From: Felis catus
Lineage: Eukaryota
Direction of reading: 5' to 3'
DNA: 64,000 bases
Assembly (NCBI RefSeq): GCF_018350175.1
Contig: NC_058368.1
Location: 200,882,001 to 200,946,000, forward strand
Of the stretch, positions 27,088-39,176 are shown one piece after another. Every line of letters starts with the position of its first letter. The first letter of the stretch is position 1. The notes beneath the pieces were generated by a model that did no database searches, was not told the origin of the DNA, and worked only from the letters and a program-made list of their open reading frames with translations. The translations under genes and the position numbers were made by a program.

Positions 27088-27288
27088 AGGTTGCTGGGTG
27101 GCTCAGTCGGTTGAGTGTCTGATTCTTGATTTCAGCTCAGGTCATGATCTCACGGGTTCTTGAGTTTGGCCCTGTGTCCGGCTCTGTGCTCACAGTGTGG
27201 AGCCTGCTTGGGATTCTCTCTCTGCCCCTCCCCTGCTTATGCTCTCTCTCCATCTCAAAATAAATAAGTAAACTTTAAAAAATAAAAG
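27088..27288 (+). mobile_element. Can-SINE
   Basis: ctgggtggctcagtcggttgag head, tail; TSD core catggag on both sides. Confidence 0.93.
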
Positions 27289-28199
27289 AAAAAAACCATG
27301 GAGTTTTCTAACATTAGCTGTGTGCTAATTTTGGACTGCCTAATCCAATATAAACCAATATAGGTAAAATTGAAAATTTAAAAATCTAAAGCACATATTT
27401 ATTCTGAAAACATGATAAATATCACCATGTGCTAAAAACTGAATTCATATGCATGGTATAAGTAGCAGCTGAAGTGAAGTGATGGGAAGTTCAACTCCTA
27501 ACAGAAATCAAAAGTACTTTTATGTTTGCAAGAACATAAGCCAGGCTCAACACAGCAAACCAGGGACTCAGAAGAAGAGCCTCTAATTGTAATAAAAAGC
27601 ACAAATAGAATATGACCACTATCTGGGGCTCTTATCGGAAACTGGCTGTTTAGTTTAGGTTTCAGGAAGGAGCAAAAATAGGCTAATAGCCTCAAACTGG
27701 GACAAACTACCTAATGGGTCAGCACCTGGATTTGCAGGGTCCACAGGACGTAGAGCCCTCAATTGTTAATTTATGATCTTGTCTCAGACAGGTACTTGAG
27801 GAGAACAGGTAGAGACAATTGAAAATTGATATATCCAGGAGAGAAAAAGTTTTCATAAGAGACAAAAAGTTGCCAACAAACAAAAATAAAACACATTAGT
27901 CAATTCAATCCTGAAAACTGCCAGAAAAATATATCATATAAGCCAACAATCCAAATAAAATACAAATAAAGCAATTAAACAAATTAAATAAGTCACTCCC
28001 AGAAAAAAGAAAGCAAGCGATTTTAAAAAAAGAAATTCTTGATCTTCAAAATAGATAAAAAGCAATGAAAATGCACAGGAAATAGCAGTACTGTAATCAA
28101 GAACAGATTGATATGAAAAAATCAGAAATATATGAGCTATGACAATATGAGCAATTGAACTTATTCATATAATTATTTGATAAAATTAAAACTCATTCA

Positions 28200-28408
28200 G
28201 GACGCCTGCGTGACTCAGTCGGTTGAGCATCCGACTTTGGCTCAGGTCATGATCTTGTGGTTCCTGAGTTCGAGCCCCTCATCGGGCTCTGTGCTTACAG
28301 TTCAGAGCCTGGAGCCTGCTTTGGGTTCTGTGTCTCCCTCTCTCTCTGCCTCTCCCTGACTCATGCTTTGTCTCTGTCTCAAAAATAAATAAACATTAAA
28401 AAAAAAAA
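28200..28408 (+). mobile_element. Can-SINE (felid type)
   Basis: Full copy; TSD core ctcattca. Confidence 0.95.
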
Positions 28409-28532
28409 AACCTCATTCATGAAAAAACTCTTAACAAAGTCATACTAAAATGCTCTGTAAATGAAATAAACACTAGAAGGGACACAGCTGAAATTAACAT
28501 TAGTGAACTGGAAGATAGTAATTAGAAATACA

Positions 28533-28737
28533 ACCAGGGTCACTCAATTGGTGAAGCATCCAACTTTGGCTCAGGTCATGATTTCTCAGTCAATGAGTTC
28601 AAGCCCCGCATCGGGCTCTGTGCTGACAGCTGAGAGCCTGGAGCCTGTTTCAGATTCTGTGTCTCCCTCTCTCTCTGCCCCTCCCCTGTTCATGCTCTCT
28701 CTCTCTGTCTCAAAAATAAATAAACGTTAAAAAAATT
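28533..28737 (+). mobile_element. Can-SINE (felid type), 5' end diverged
   Basis: actttggctcaggtcatgat...gagcctggagcctgtttcagattctgtgtctccc and tail. Confidence 0.93.
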
Positions 28738-31700
28738 GATGTAATTGTCTACCTAGAAAATCTAAGAGGATCTAAAAACAAAGCTACTGAGTAAGGTAAA
28801 GCAACATAATCAATTAAACGTCAAGAGATCTTTATAGTACAATCTCCAATTAGAAAATACAACAAAAATGTTTTGGGTCCTCCCCCTCCAGAAAATAAGT
28901 TAAGGTTACTATGAATGAATATAATAAAAGATGTGTGAGAGCTTTATAGAAAAAAAAAATGTAAGGACCTAAAAGAAAACCTGTGTAAATTGAGGGATTT
29001 ACTGTGTTGATACATGTCATAAAAATGTCAAGTGTTCTCAAATTTATCTATAATTTTAATTCAAGTCCACTGAAAGTCTCAAAAGGATTTTTGAGACTTT
29101 TCTGAGAGTTGAAAAACCGATGAAAGAGTCAGTGTTCAAGAATAATGAAAACAATGTTGAAGAAGAAAAACAACAGATGGAACTTAATTCACTTTAAGGT
29201 AAAATTATGATAAGACTACAGCACTGGAAATAGTGTGATATTAGTATAGTATAGAAACGTAACTTAATGGCACAAAACAGAAATAAGTTATTAACCCAAC
29301 TGTGTTTGGAAATATGGTGTAAAACAGAGGTGGCCTTACCAATCAATTGGAAACAGATGATCTACTGAAAATGTGTTGTTGGAACAATCACTTATCCATG
29401 TGATATAAAAAAATAAAATTAGATCCCTAATTCCCACTATGTATCTAAATCAATTCTCAGGATATTGAACACCTAAGTAACAAACAAAAAACTTCACACC
29501 CTTAGCTGGAAACGTAGAAGAATGCTTCATTTTTTTCAGTAGAATGAATTTATCAAAGAAATAATAAGTACCTTAAAAAATGACAAATTAAACTATGTCT
29601 ATTTTTAAACGTTTGGTGTCATAAAAACACCATAAACAAGGTTGAAAAGCAAGGATGTTATAAGATATTTGACACATCTATAATGTCCAGATTTAAGTTC
29701 CTAAAATACATAGAGAACTTCTACAAATACAGATGAAAAAGATTACAGACAACCCAGTAAATTTGAGCCTTGTCAAAGTAAAAGAACACAAATAAATAGA
29801 AGAGGATGACCTAATGGCCCAAACCACAAAAAGCTCAACAACCTCAGCAGCAATCTCGAGAATGCAAGTGGAAACAACTTGATCATGTGTTTTCAACGAA
29901 CAGATTTTCCAAAATTAAGTCAGAAAATAATAAAAATTGATGAGTATGCAGTACGTGCATAAGTTATTGAGGAAAGAGGGTAGAATCTGATTTCTCCGTC
30001 ACTGAGGGCAGGGATGAAAATTGGTACACACATTTTATTTTAAGATTAATTTGACCATATTTAGAAAGGTTGAATTATATGAGTGCAACAATTTTGCTTC
30101 CAAATGCACCCCCCAGTTAATCTGAAGCACAAGCCACAAGGTGATATCGGGAAAAGATGTTCAATGCAGAAATTTCATAGAGGAAAAAACCTGAATAATA
30201 TTTAAATGTCTAGGGACTAAGGGGTAAATAAAATACAGTACTTCATATTCAGAATACAATGATAGAATGATCTGATTAGATATCTATGTTTAAAAAATAT
30301 ATTTTAAAACAATAAAATGAAATTTGGCATCAAGATCTAGCGCACAAAATATTCTCTGTTCTTTACCAGTACTTTTCTATAAAACTTTTGGTTTGAGTTT
30401 TTATAAACCAAATTCAAACCCATGGCTGCCTCTTGGGATGGAAGGAATTTTTAAACCTCAGAAAGATAAAGAGAATTTAACTGTAATGAGATGGTTTGTA
30501 TCTTTCCTGTATTAAAAGATTTAAAGCCAATATGACAAAAGATAACATTTTCTTTTGGGTTATTTGGTGGATGGCTATTTTATACCCTTGCAGTCATCTG
30601 TGCTGCTGTTTTGGTTCCATAAAATGTGCTGGATGTGAAGTTTGCCACATGATTTATTTCTGTCATACCTTTGAAAGATTAATTCCTAATTTATAACACC
30701 TGGGATGATGAGTTAACACACGATAATTATAAAACAGTCCCAGTCTCCCATCAAGTGTTCAGAGGATAGAGTCTGAATAAGTACGCAGGTGAGAAGACTA
30801 TATGGACCTCTTGACAAGAGCAAACAGTGTACATAACACCCTTCATATGTCTCATGACAGTATTCTAGAGAAATACCATGATTTTCCCTGAGGAAAAGGA
30901 TGCATCTTTGGAACGTACATCTCTAATCAATATTCTCTGAGGCAGCAAACACATCGGCCACCTTTATACAGTTGGCAGAAACTCAGCTACATTCCAGTAA
31001 TTAACTCAGGTTGGGTGAACACAGTGGGAAGGGGATACAGAAAGGTTTTCTATCCCTCTCCCGTCAAGTAGCAGCCAGGGCCCGCTGTACAGGGAGAATC
31101 ACATTCTGTCAGGCTTGTAGATTCCTGAGCGCAGGACACAAACATTATGTCCTTGGACAATGCCAAGCTCTTTATCTTATCTTTCCTTCCACTGACGCTG
31201 GAAGGTTGTCTTTGTCCCATTTTCTATTGCAGTAACTATGAATGAAATTTGGTATAAAACGGTTATGGAATTTCTGATTTATTAGATTCTAAAAGAATCC
31301 AATACTCTGTCACAACAGTGAATAGGAAAGAAATTAATTCTTTGCTGAATAGAATTGCTATTTAGCTGCTTTGTTTCTCTTTAAAGTATAGCCCAAATTG
31401 GAGTAATTATCATTGGAAGTCAGGAACCTAAAGTGGCCCAAATTATTTTTCTTGTTCAATTCAGTAATTGTACTCGCATAAATAACAGTATTTGTCTATG
31501 GAGCTCCAGACATTTCAGTTTGTTAGGAACTGTTTAAGCCAAATCAAATATTATTAATGCATGCACCAAAACAAAGGGGTAAAAGAGGTTTCAAACAAGA
31601 GAATTAGAGAACAAAAAAATAATAATAATAAAGGAGAAGAAAGCTTATACAGATTATATCGGTGGGTGAAAATGTTACAGGCGTCATGAATGTAAAATTT

Positions 31701-31884
31701 TCATTTTTAACCCTATCTTGGTTTCATCTTCACTCCGAAAAATAACCTATATAAATTTTTCACTAGCCCTTAATGTTAGATGATTTAAAATATCGTTTCT
31801 TTCAAAACCCTGAGAGCAGACTCTTTTCTTATATCAACTAATGCATGTAAGTGTGACCCATAATAATGTTTGGCAGCTTCTTGG

Positions 31885-32220
31885 CTGATCTGCATAATGA
31901 AAAAGAAAAACAAACCTGTAATACCTTGAATTCTGAATTGTGTCCTTTCCGCCTGTGTTGGGAAATTCTTTGCATCACCCTTTTATTACTTAACTGATCA
32001 TGCAAATTTCAAGGTGTATGTTTACAAACATTTTGTTGTGTTTCTCATGCTATTAGCATTCTGAAGCTTTCTCTTTCCAGGTTTCTATGGTAACAAGTGT
32101 ATGGCACATTCATTAAAAAGAAGTTCTGTTTAATTGATCTACTAATGTATTGCTTAATAGTAACTGTTAAGCAGTCTTTTGTTTCCAAGTCATATTTAGG
32201 GTTAACCTATTTGCATAAAA
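31885..32220. promoter_or_regulatory. Candidate enhancer (POU octamer x2, FOX, RFX X-box)
   Basis: ATGCAAAT 32000-32007, TGTTTAC 32019-32025, GTTTCTATGGTAAC 32081-32094, ATTTGCAT 32209-32216 in repeat-free DNA; motif evidence only. Confidence 0.35.
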
Positions 32221-32544
32221 ACATTTCATTAGCTGAAACCAATTATTAATAGTAATTTTCTTCCTTTAGTTTTAAATAACTAAACCGTCATTGAGGTCTT
32301 CTGAATAGCAAATATTTGTAGCTTTCAGAACACACTTGCCGTATGAGCTTGGCTTGCTTTGTTTCTGTGAGCAGCAAGAAAATTATAGAGCTTGAAAATT
32401 TTGATCAAAGAAGGAAAAAAAATGAGAGGTCCCCTCCTTACAATTGAAAGTTAGATATTCAGGGAAGCTAACTCTAGGCCACCTAATGTATTTAAAAACA
32501 ATGATAGCTATTTGTTACTTTTAATATTAAAGTATACGAAGTAC

Positions 32545-32719
32545 GGGGTGCCTGGGTGGCTTAGTCCACCGAGAATTCGACTTTGGCTCAGGTCATGATC
32601 TCCCGGTTTGTGAGTCTAGCGACCCCCACCCCCCCAATCCAGTTGGGCTTTGCTGACAGCTCAGAGCCTGGAGCCTGCTTCAGATTCTGTGTCTCCCTTA
32701 CTCTCTTGCACTCTGTCTC

Positions 32720-32770
<51 letters not shown>

Positions 32771-32784
32771 AATAAATAAACATT
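32545..32784 (+). mobile_element. Can-SINE (outer, older) with long (CT)n tract
   Basis: ggggtgcctgggtggc head, C-run expansion at about 32623-32636, (CT)n, tail. Confidence 0.93.
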
Positions 32785-32997
32785 GGGGCGCCTGGGTGGC
32801 TCAGTCCGTTAAGCGGCTGACTTCGGCTCAGGTCATGATCTCGCGGTCCGTGAGTTCGAGCCCTGCATCAGGCTCTGTGCTGACAGCTCAGAGCCTGGAG
32901 CCTGTTTCAGATTCTGTGTCTCCCTCTCTCTGACCCTCCCCTGTTCATGCTCTGTCTCCCCCTGTCTCAAAAATAAATAAAACATTAAAAAAAATTA
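32785..32997 (+). mobile_element. Can-SINE inserted into the tail of the preceding SINE
   Basis: TSD aaaaataaataaacatt at 32768-32784 and 32998-33014. Confidence 0.95.
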
Positions 32998-33838
32998 AAA
33001 AATAAATAAACATTAAAAATTATATATGTTTACATGGTATAAATATCAAATTTACCTTGGAACCTTTTTATGGTACTCAAGGGAAATCCTGACACTACAT
33101 GTGTATTTAAAGATATATGAACTTACTTAGAATTAATGCCTGTAGGTATGAAGATTTTCAAGTAAAAGAGAAGTGTTGTTTTATTTGGGTTGAAATAATA
33201 AACAAATTATCTTAACAATGCAAGCCAAAACACTTACAACTGATATTTATCTTTGAGTAAAAATGAGGTTAAAGTGTGAAAGCACATAACCACATGTGTA
33301 TGAGAATTTTTGTACATGTCTACACATTTTTGAGAGAGTGTTTTAGAGTTATAGCTAGAAGTTGGTACATATTATATGCCAACACCAAAGATTTATTCTA
33401 ATCAGTTTGATAAATAGACTAATTCTCAACTACATATGTTGTTGTTAAAATATTAAGGGACTTGATTCTAAAAAGATAAGCTAAGAACCATAATTTGAAT
33501 GCCAAATATGCACATTACTGCCCAAATCTCTTTGAAATGCCAATTCAGTATGTCTTTAGACATACTCACTTATATTTTCAAAAATAATAATCCTACGTCT
33601 TTTATCTTTGACCCTATGTATAGTCTTGTCCAGCTAATTCTTGGATTACTTTTATTCAAAGAATTGTTTTAAAATCAAATCATATGCCACTAAACGTAGT
33701 ATTAGAATAGTTTATTAGATGCGATCACATCACCTTTCCAAACTTCCAGAAATATAATTAACACACACATTCTTTCTTTCTCTATTTCTCTCTCACCCTG
33801 TATTCTTGACCTCTGTGTGTATTTGCAGATACATTAAG

Positions 33839-33892
33839 AGCATTAACATTATGCTGCGATTAAAAAGCATTAACATTATGCTATGATTAAAA
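33839..33892. repeat. 27-bp tandem duplication
   Basis: agcattaacattatgct(gc/at)gattaaaa x2. Confidence 0.9.
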
Positions 33893-34220
33893 ACAATGCT
33901 GCTTGACAAGATACTTTTACAATTCTTTTTGATGCCATCCAGTTAAGAATGGATATCTTTTAAATTCTTACAAACTAAGTGGATATTCTCTATGGAAGCT
34001 CTCTTAGTTTTCCGATAGATGTTTCCATTTTATAATATGAAGCATTAGTTTAATTTTTCTAAAGTAATAATGACATATAACACAAATAAGCTTAACATTA
34101 AATACATTATATTTCTAAAGTGTGTGAAAGTTACATTTATAATCTTTTCATGTGTGAGATCAGCAAATCAGTTGATGAAGAATGCAAAATTTTTTCATTC
34201 TGCTTGATTAAAAATATTTT

Positions 34221-34412
34221 GGGGGCACCTTGGTGGCTCAGACAGCTAAGCAACTGATGCTTGGTTTTGGCTCAGGTCATGATCTCATGGTTCATGGGTT
34301 TGAGCCCCACTTTGGCTGACAGTGTGGAGCCTGCTTGGGATTCTCTCTCCCTCCTTCTCTCTGCCCTTCCTGTGCGTGCTCTCTCTCTCAAAATAGATAA
34401 ATAACTTAAAAA
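34221..34412 (+). mobile_element. Can-SINE
   Basis: gggggcaccttggtggctcag head, gagcctgcttgggattctctct, tail. Confidence 0.93.
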
Positions 34413-35029
34413 ATATATATGTATATATATTTTCATCAGAATATGACCAGATAAATGGCAAAAAAAATTCAGTTACTGATTATATTAAATAAAGAATAAA
34501 ACGGGGATCTTTTGTAAAGAAACTCCTGAGGGAGCATTGCTATCAGTGAAAAGAATTTTAGCTTAAAATACCATCATGGGTGTAACTTAATGGAGTCAGA
34601 TGAAGACAGTATATCAGTATTACTTTGGAATTTTCTTATTTATGACAGATTAATAACACCCTTAACAAGATCCAAAATCTGAATTTGGACAATTATTTTC
34701 CCTAGTTTATCATAGAATGAGGAGGCTAGTTTTAACTCCAGAGTGTTCAAAAATGAAATAGTATCTTTAATTTTGTTTTAAAACAGTAAGCAGTTTCTGA
34801 ACTTGGGATTTCAGTATTCATTTCATTTTATTGTCAGCAAAATTAAATTCAGTGCATATTTACTTTAAATGTAAAATGCTCTTGCTATGACAAGTCAGTA
34901 ACTAAAATTTATTAAGTAAACTTTAAATTTTAATTGTCGGGTAAAATTTACAAGAAAAATATAAACTGAAAATAATCTAAAAGAATGCCGGCCTTCAAAT
35001 AAATTTCTCATTAAAAATTCTTTCTATAT

Positions 35030-35718
35030 CCTTTATTCATGCTTTAGCAAATATTTATTAAGGATTTAATATGTGCTAGGCACTCCTTGCTATAGGCATT
35101 TGATATACAATGAAAAAAAAAACCCAAAAGAACAAAACTAAATCCCAAGCATACACACATCTATGCAAATACCTTTGCCTTCATTGACGTGTTCTAGCAA
35201 GAAGAGACTAGAAGTGAACTATGGATATAATAAATACCTGTGTTAGAAGGTGAAAAGAACTATAAAAAGTAGATAGAATAAAGATGGTATAGTTGGAGGA
35301 TCAGGAATGCCATAGATGGGGGAGCGGGAGGCTCAAGGCAGGCCTCTATGAAAGATGAGATTTTACAAAACAAGGGCGTGAAGGAACTAGGCAAGTGGAC
35401 ATCTGGATGTGGAAGGTTCCAGAAAGAGGGAACAGCTACAGCAAGGGCTCTTAGGTAGGAATATCCAGGACTGGGGTACATGAATAGTAAGGAAGCTAGT
35501 GCAGCTATAGCTGAGTGAGCTGAGGGAGGAGAAGAGCTAACGAGGTTGGAGATGGGGCCCATCGGCTACAGCCACACAGGCTACTGCAAGGGTTTTGACG
35601 TTTACTCTGGTGAAATGGGAAACCACTTCATTGCAGTTTCTTCCAGTGTGGATATCACTTGGTCTCACTTAACTTGCAAAAAAAAAAAATCATACTAGCT
35701 GCTCTTTAGAAAATAAAC
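35030..35718 (-). mobile_element. L2 3' region
   Basis: attcat...caaatatttatt...tgtgctaggcact antisense tail; ttccagaaagagggaacagct...gcaagggc; tttactctggtgaaatgggaaacca. Confidence 0.8.
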
Positions 35719-37192
35719 TGTACGCAGATTTTTCTGGTTAGTATGATTGTACAAAAAAATGTCCCAAAACTTTGTGGCTTAAAACAGCCATTTTATGTTG
35801 CCATGATTTTGAGGCTCAGAAATTCAGGAAGGTCTCTGTTGGACAGTTTTCACTTGGGGCTTCTCATGGCAGTTGCATGCCTAGAATGGCTGGGGCAGCA
35901 CTTACTCAAAGGTTCACCTGGGCAGGATATCAAGGATAGCTCACTCATAGGGCTGAAAGATGATGCTGTCTGTTGGCTAGAGCCCAGCTGGAGCTGACAA
36001 CCAAAGTACCTCCATGTAGCCTTTATAGGATAAGGTCTAAACTCTTTATAAGAGTTGGAATAAGTGTCCCGGTAGAGAAGGACAAAGTAGTAGCTGCATG
36101 GCTCTTATGAGGTAGTTTCACAAGACATATAGCATTACGGCCTCCATATTTTAATGGTCAAAGAAATCCAAGCTATCCTGACTCAAGAGAGTTGTGACTC
36201 AAGAATGTGTAGCCATTACATTAAGCCCTTTAGGTTGCTTCATGGCTACTAATTATTTACATTCCCACAATAAGTCTAATATGTTCACTCCTTGGAAGAC
36301 ACTGTACTCCAAAATTTCCGTTACATTACAGCATCAGGCTTGGGCTTGAGATCACCTAAATCTTATCTGGATAGAAATGAGGTTCCTCAGATGTAATTCC
36401 TTGGAAACAGCTCTTTGGGTATCATTCACTTTGATCAGAAGACTTATAAACAGGAGGACATTTTATCTAACCTTCCCCCTTATAGTCGGCATATAAGGTT
36501 AGGACAGGTGTAGGATCTGAACTGCCATTCAGTAGCAGGATATGAGAGGCACATTGCAATCACTGAGTGACGTTCACTGCCTTTTATTCCAAGAGAAAAA
36601 AATCAAAATTTCCTTCCAATAATAGAATTGAGCATAAAGTAAAGAATCTTAGGATATGTACTTGAGGTACAGAAACCTATGAACAATAAAAAAGACAAAT
36701 TATCAGCTGCATTTAGCATCACCCCTGTCATCACCACCTCCCTCCTCCACCAATATATAGTTGTGGAATAGTAGCAAAGACACTCACGTTCAGAATTGGG
36801 AGGAGAGAAACACAACAGTCATTTATCTGAAAGAATTTTAGAATCTCTCAGGCAGGAGTTTTGAGAATGGGGGTAGGAAGTCTTCCTTGATTAACACTCA
36901 GCCCATTGTTCTTCATGGCTCTTACCTTCAACCTTGGATAAGCCCTTTTTTTTTTTTTTTTTTTTCAAATCATCTTCTTTGACTACATGTGGAATGGGTA
37001 TTGGAAAGTATGTTCTCTTTGGAAATTGAACAGATTTTTTAGACTATTTCCCTGTCATGGTTTTTCTTTTGGAAATACCTCCTAAAATCACATTCAGCTT
37101 CTTATATCTTCTATTTCTTCCAATCCACGTGCCAATCATATCCACACATTTTTTTTGACACTTCTCTCTCTCTTTCCTTCTCTCCCTCCCTG

Positions 37193-37223
<31 letters not shown>

Positions 37224-38160
37224 ACTTAATTCTGGTTACCTTGACTGAATCCCTTGTCAGGAGAGAGCAAAATACTTAGTCTTTTTTCCACGTTCAGTTT
37301 TCCATCTGAAAGGATTCATTGAGAAGCACCTTAATTTATTCAGGGCTTATAAAAAAGGTGTGACAGCTGTACCACAGATTTTATCATTACCACAAATTCT
37401 CACTGGCCTCTACTAGTCATACATCTTCTTAGTTTTATCAGTTAAGGATAGAATCAGTTCCCACTTACAAATGCCACAGTTCTGGATTCTCGCTAGTCTT
37501 CTTTCACAACATGCTTGGAAAGCAGCCAACTTTCTTGGAACCACTACTCTCTGTTTTGTAGCACATTTTCAAACACAGGCAACGATAATAAACACAACTA
37601 TTAATATTTTATTTTCCGACATCTTTGACTAAAATGATAAGTTATTCGGGTATTTATCTTCCTTCCAAGTTGCCGCAAATAACGACATAACCAAATATTT
37701 CAACTTAGTATAATATGAATGGTTGCCTTCCAAGCCTCAAATTTCTCTCCACCTCTTTCCGTGTCCTAAAGCTTATGCCACGTACTTCAGTTTTTTAATG
37801 GCAGAACTTTACTTTTGAACAAATTTCTGTATGAGTCAGGAGAGACTGGGTCACACTGCAATAGCAAGCAGTTCAGAAAACTCAGAGGCCTAAGTTGCAA
37901 AGATTTATTTATCACTTTTTCTACATGTCCTTTCAAGGGTACCTGAGGATTCTGCTCCTTATTGTCATTGCTTTCACTCTGAGACGTGGATTGCTGCCCT
38001 AGAGGAACTGCTGGTCACACTGATGGTCTTTATATGATAGTACAAATGAAAGGAATATGCTGGGTCTCTAAAATTCTGCTTTACATAGCACACATCACTT
38101 CTGGTTGGGCAAATGAAGTCATATAGCTACATGGAGTTCAAGTGAATGAATTTCCTCAAT
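35719..38160 (-). mobile_element. Old MaLR (MLT1) remnant: LTR about 35719-36210, internal-like region, second LTR about 37828-38160
   Basis: cccaaaactttgtggcttaaaacagccattttat (MLT1 antisense end); caaatttctgtatgagtcagg internal/LTR junction; subfamilies not resolved. Confidence 0.55.
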
Positions 38161-38180
38161 TACTTTGCAATGACATTTTA

Positions 38181-38374
38181 TTTTAGTTTTTTAAAAGTTT
38201 GTTTATTTTGAAAGAAAGAGAGACAGAGAGCAGGGGAGGGGCAGAGAGAGGGAGAGAAAGAATCCCAAGCAGGGTCCACGTTATGGGGCTCGATATGGAG
38301 TTCAAACTCATAAACCCTGAGATCATGACCCGAGCCCAAGTCCAACGCTTAACTGACTGAGCCACCCTGTGCCC
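38181..38374 (-). mobile_element. Can-SINE inserted in an L1 fragment
   Basis: Reverse copy; TSD a(a/g)tgac(a/g)tttta. Confidence 0.93.
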
Positions 38375-38910
38375 AGTGACGTTTTAGATATAGCACCAAA
38401 TGCATGATCCACAAAAGGAAAAATTTATAAGCTGAATTTCATTTAATTTTAAAACATCTACTTCGCAAAGGACACTGTCAAGGCAATCAGAAGACATGCT
38501 ATAGACCGGGAGAAAATATTTGCAAAACACATATCTGATAGACGACTATTTTTTTAATATGCAAAAAAGTGTTAAAATGTAGCAGTAAGAAAACGACCAA
38601 CCTGATTAAAAATGGGCAAAGACCTGAACAGATATCTCACTAAGAAAGATATATAGATAGCAAACAGGCATAACAAGATGTACCATACTATATGTCACTA
38701 GTGAAGTGCAAATTGAAACAACAGTGAGACGCCACTATAGGCTTATTTGAACGACCAAAATCTAGAACACTGTTAGCACCAGGTGCTGGCAAGGATGTGA
38801 AGCAATGGGAACGTTCATTCATTGGTGATAAGAATGCAAAATGGTACTGCCACTTTGGAAGACTGTTTGACAGTTCCTACAAAACTAAATGTGCTCTGAC
38901 CCTATGTTCC
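38375..38910 (+). mobile_element. Old L1 ORF2 3' fragment (L1M/MC-like)
   Basis: gggagaaaatatttgcaaaacacatatctgata; aaaaatgggcaaagacctgaacaga; ggtgctggcaaggatgtgaagcaa; gccactttggaaga. Confidence 0.85.
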
Positions 38911-39095
38911 CACTGTAGGTTCATGATTCAGTTTTCTCCAGTCTGACAATACACGTTCCACTTGCCCCTCTACTGGAATCTTGACCCATTTCCTAATCTC
39001 TCAGTCCTTAGTTTTTGTTCATTGATATGTTTGTTTTGTATTGTTTTGCCTTTAAAAATGTATCCTTATTAGTAGTATTCTGAAAAAAGCAAGAA

Positions 39096-39176
39096 TATTA
39101 GGTAGACTCTTACAAAATTGCCTATATCCACCTGTTTTGATCTATACAAAGAAGATTTCAATGTTGAACTCAAATA
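39096..39176. mobile_element. MADE2-like mariner MITE (about 80 bp), diverged
   Basis: tattaggt...aaattgcctatatccacctgttttgatcta...atttca...aactcaaata follows the MADE2 palindromic layout as recalled. Confidence 0.55.

Larger units (their letters stand above)
27790..30560 (+). mobile_element. Ancient L1 (L1M) remnant: ORF1-like part, ORF2 from about 28738, and 3' end; interrupted by two SINEs
   Basis: gatgtaattgtctacctagaaaatct (RT-region DxIVYLEN-like), aaaattagatccct, gagaatgcaagtggaaacaac and other ORF2 landmarks in colinear order, with many stops. Confidence 0.7.

Noticed and set aside
32081..32089. Possible 9-nt microexon (ctttctctttccag|GTTTCTATG|gtaaca)
   Set aside because: The donor is weak, the same bases are better explained as an RFX X-box, and there is no known host gene on this strand.
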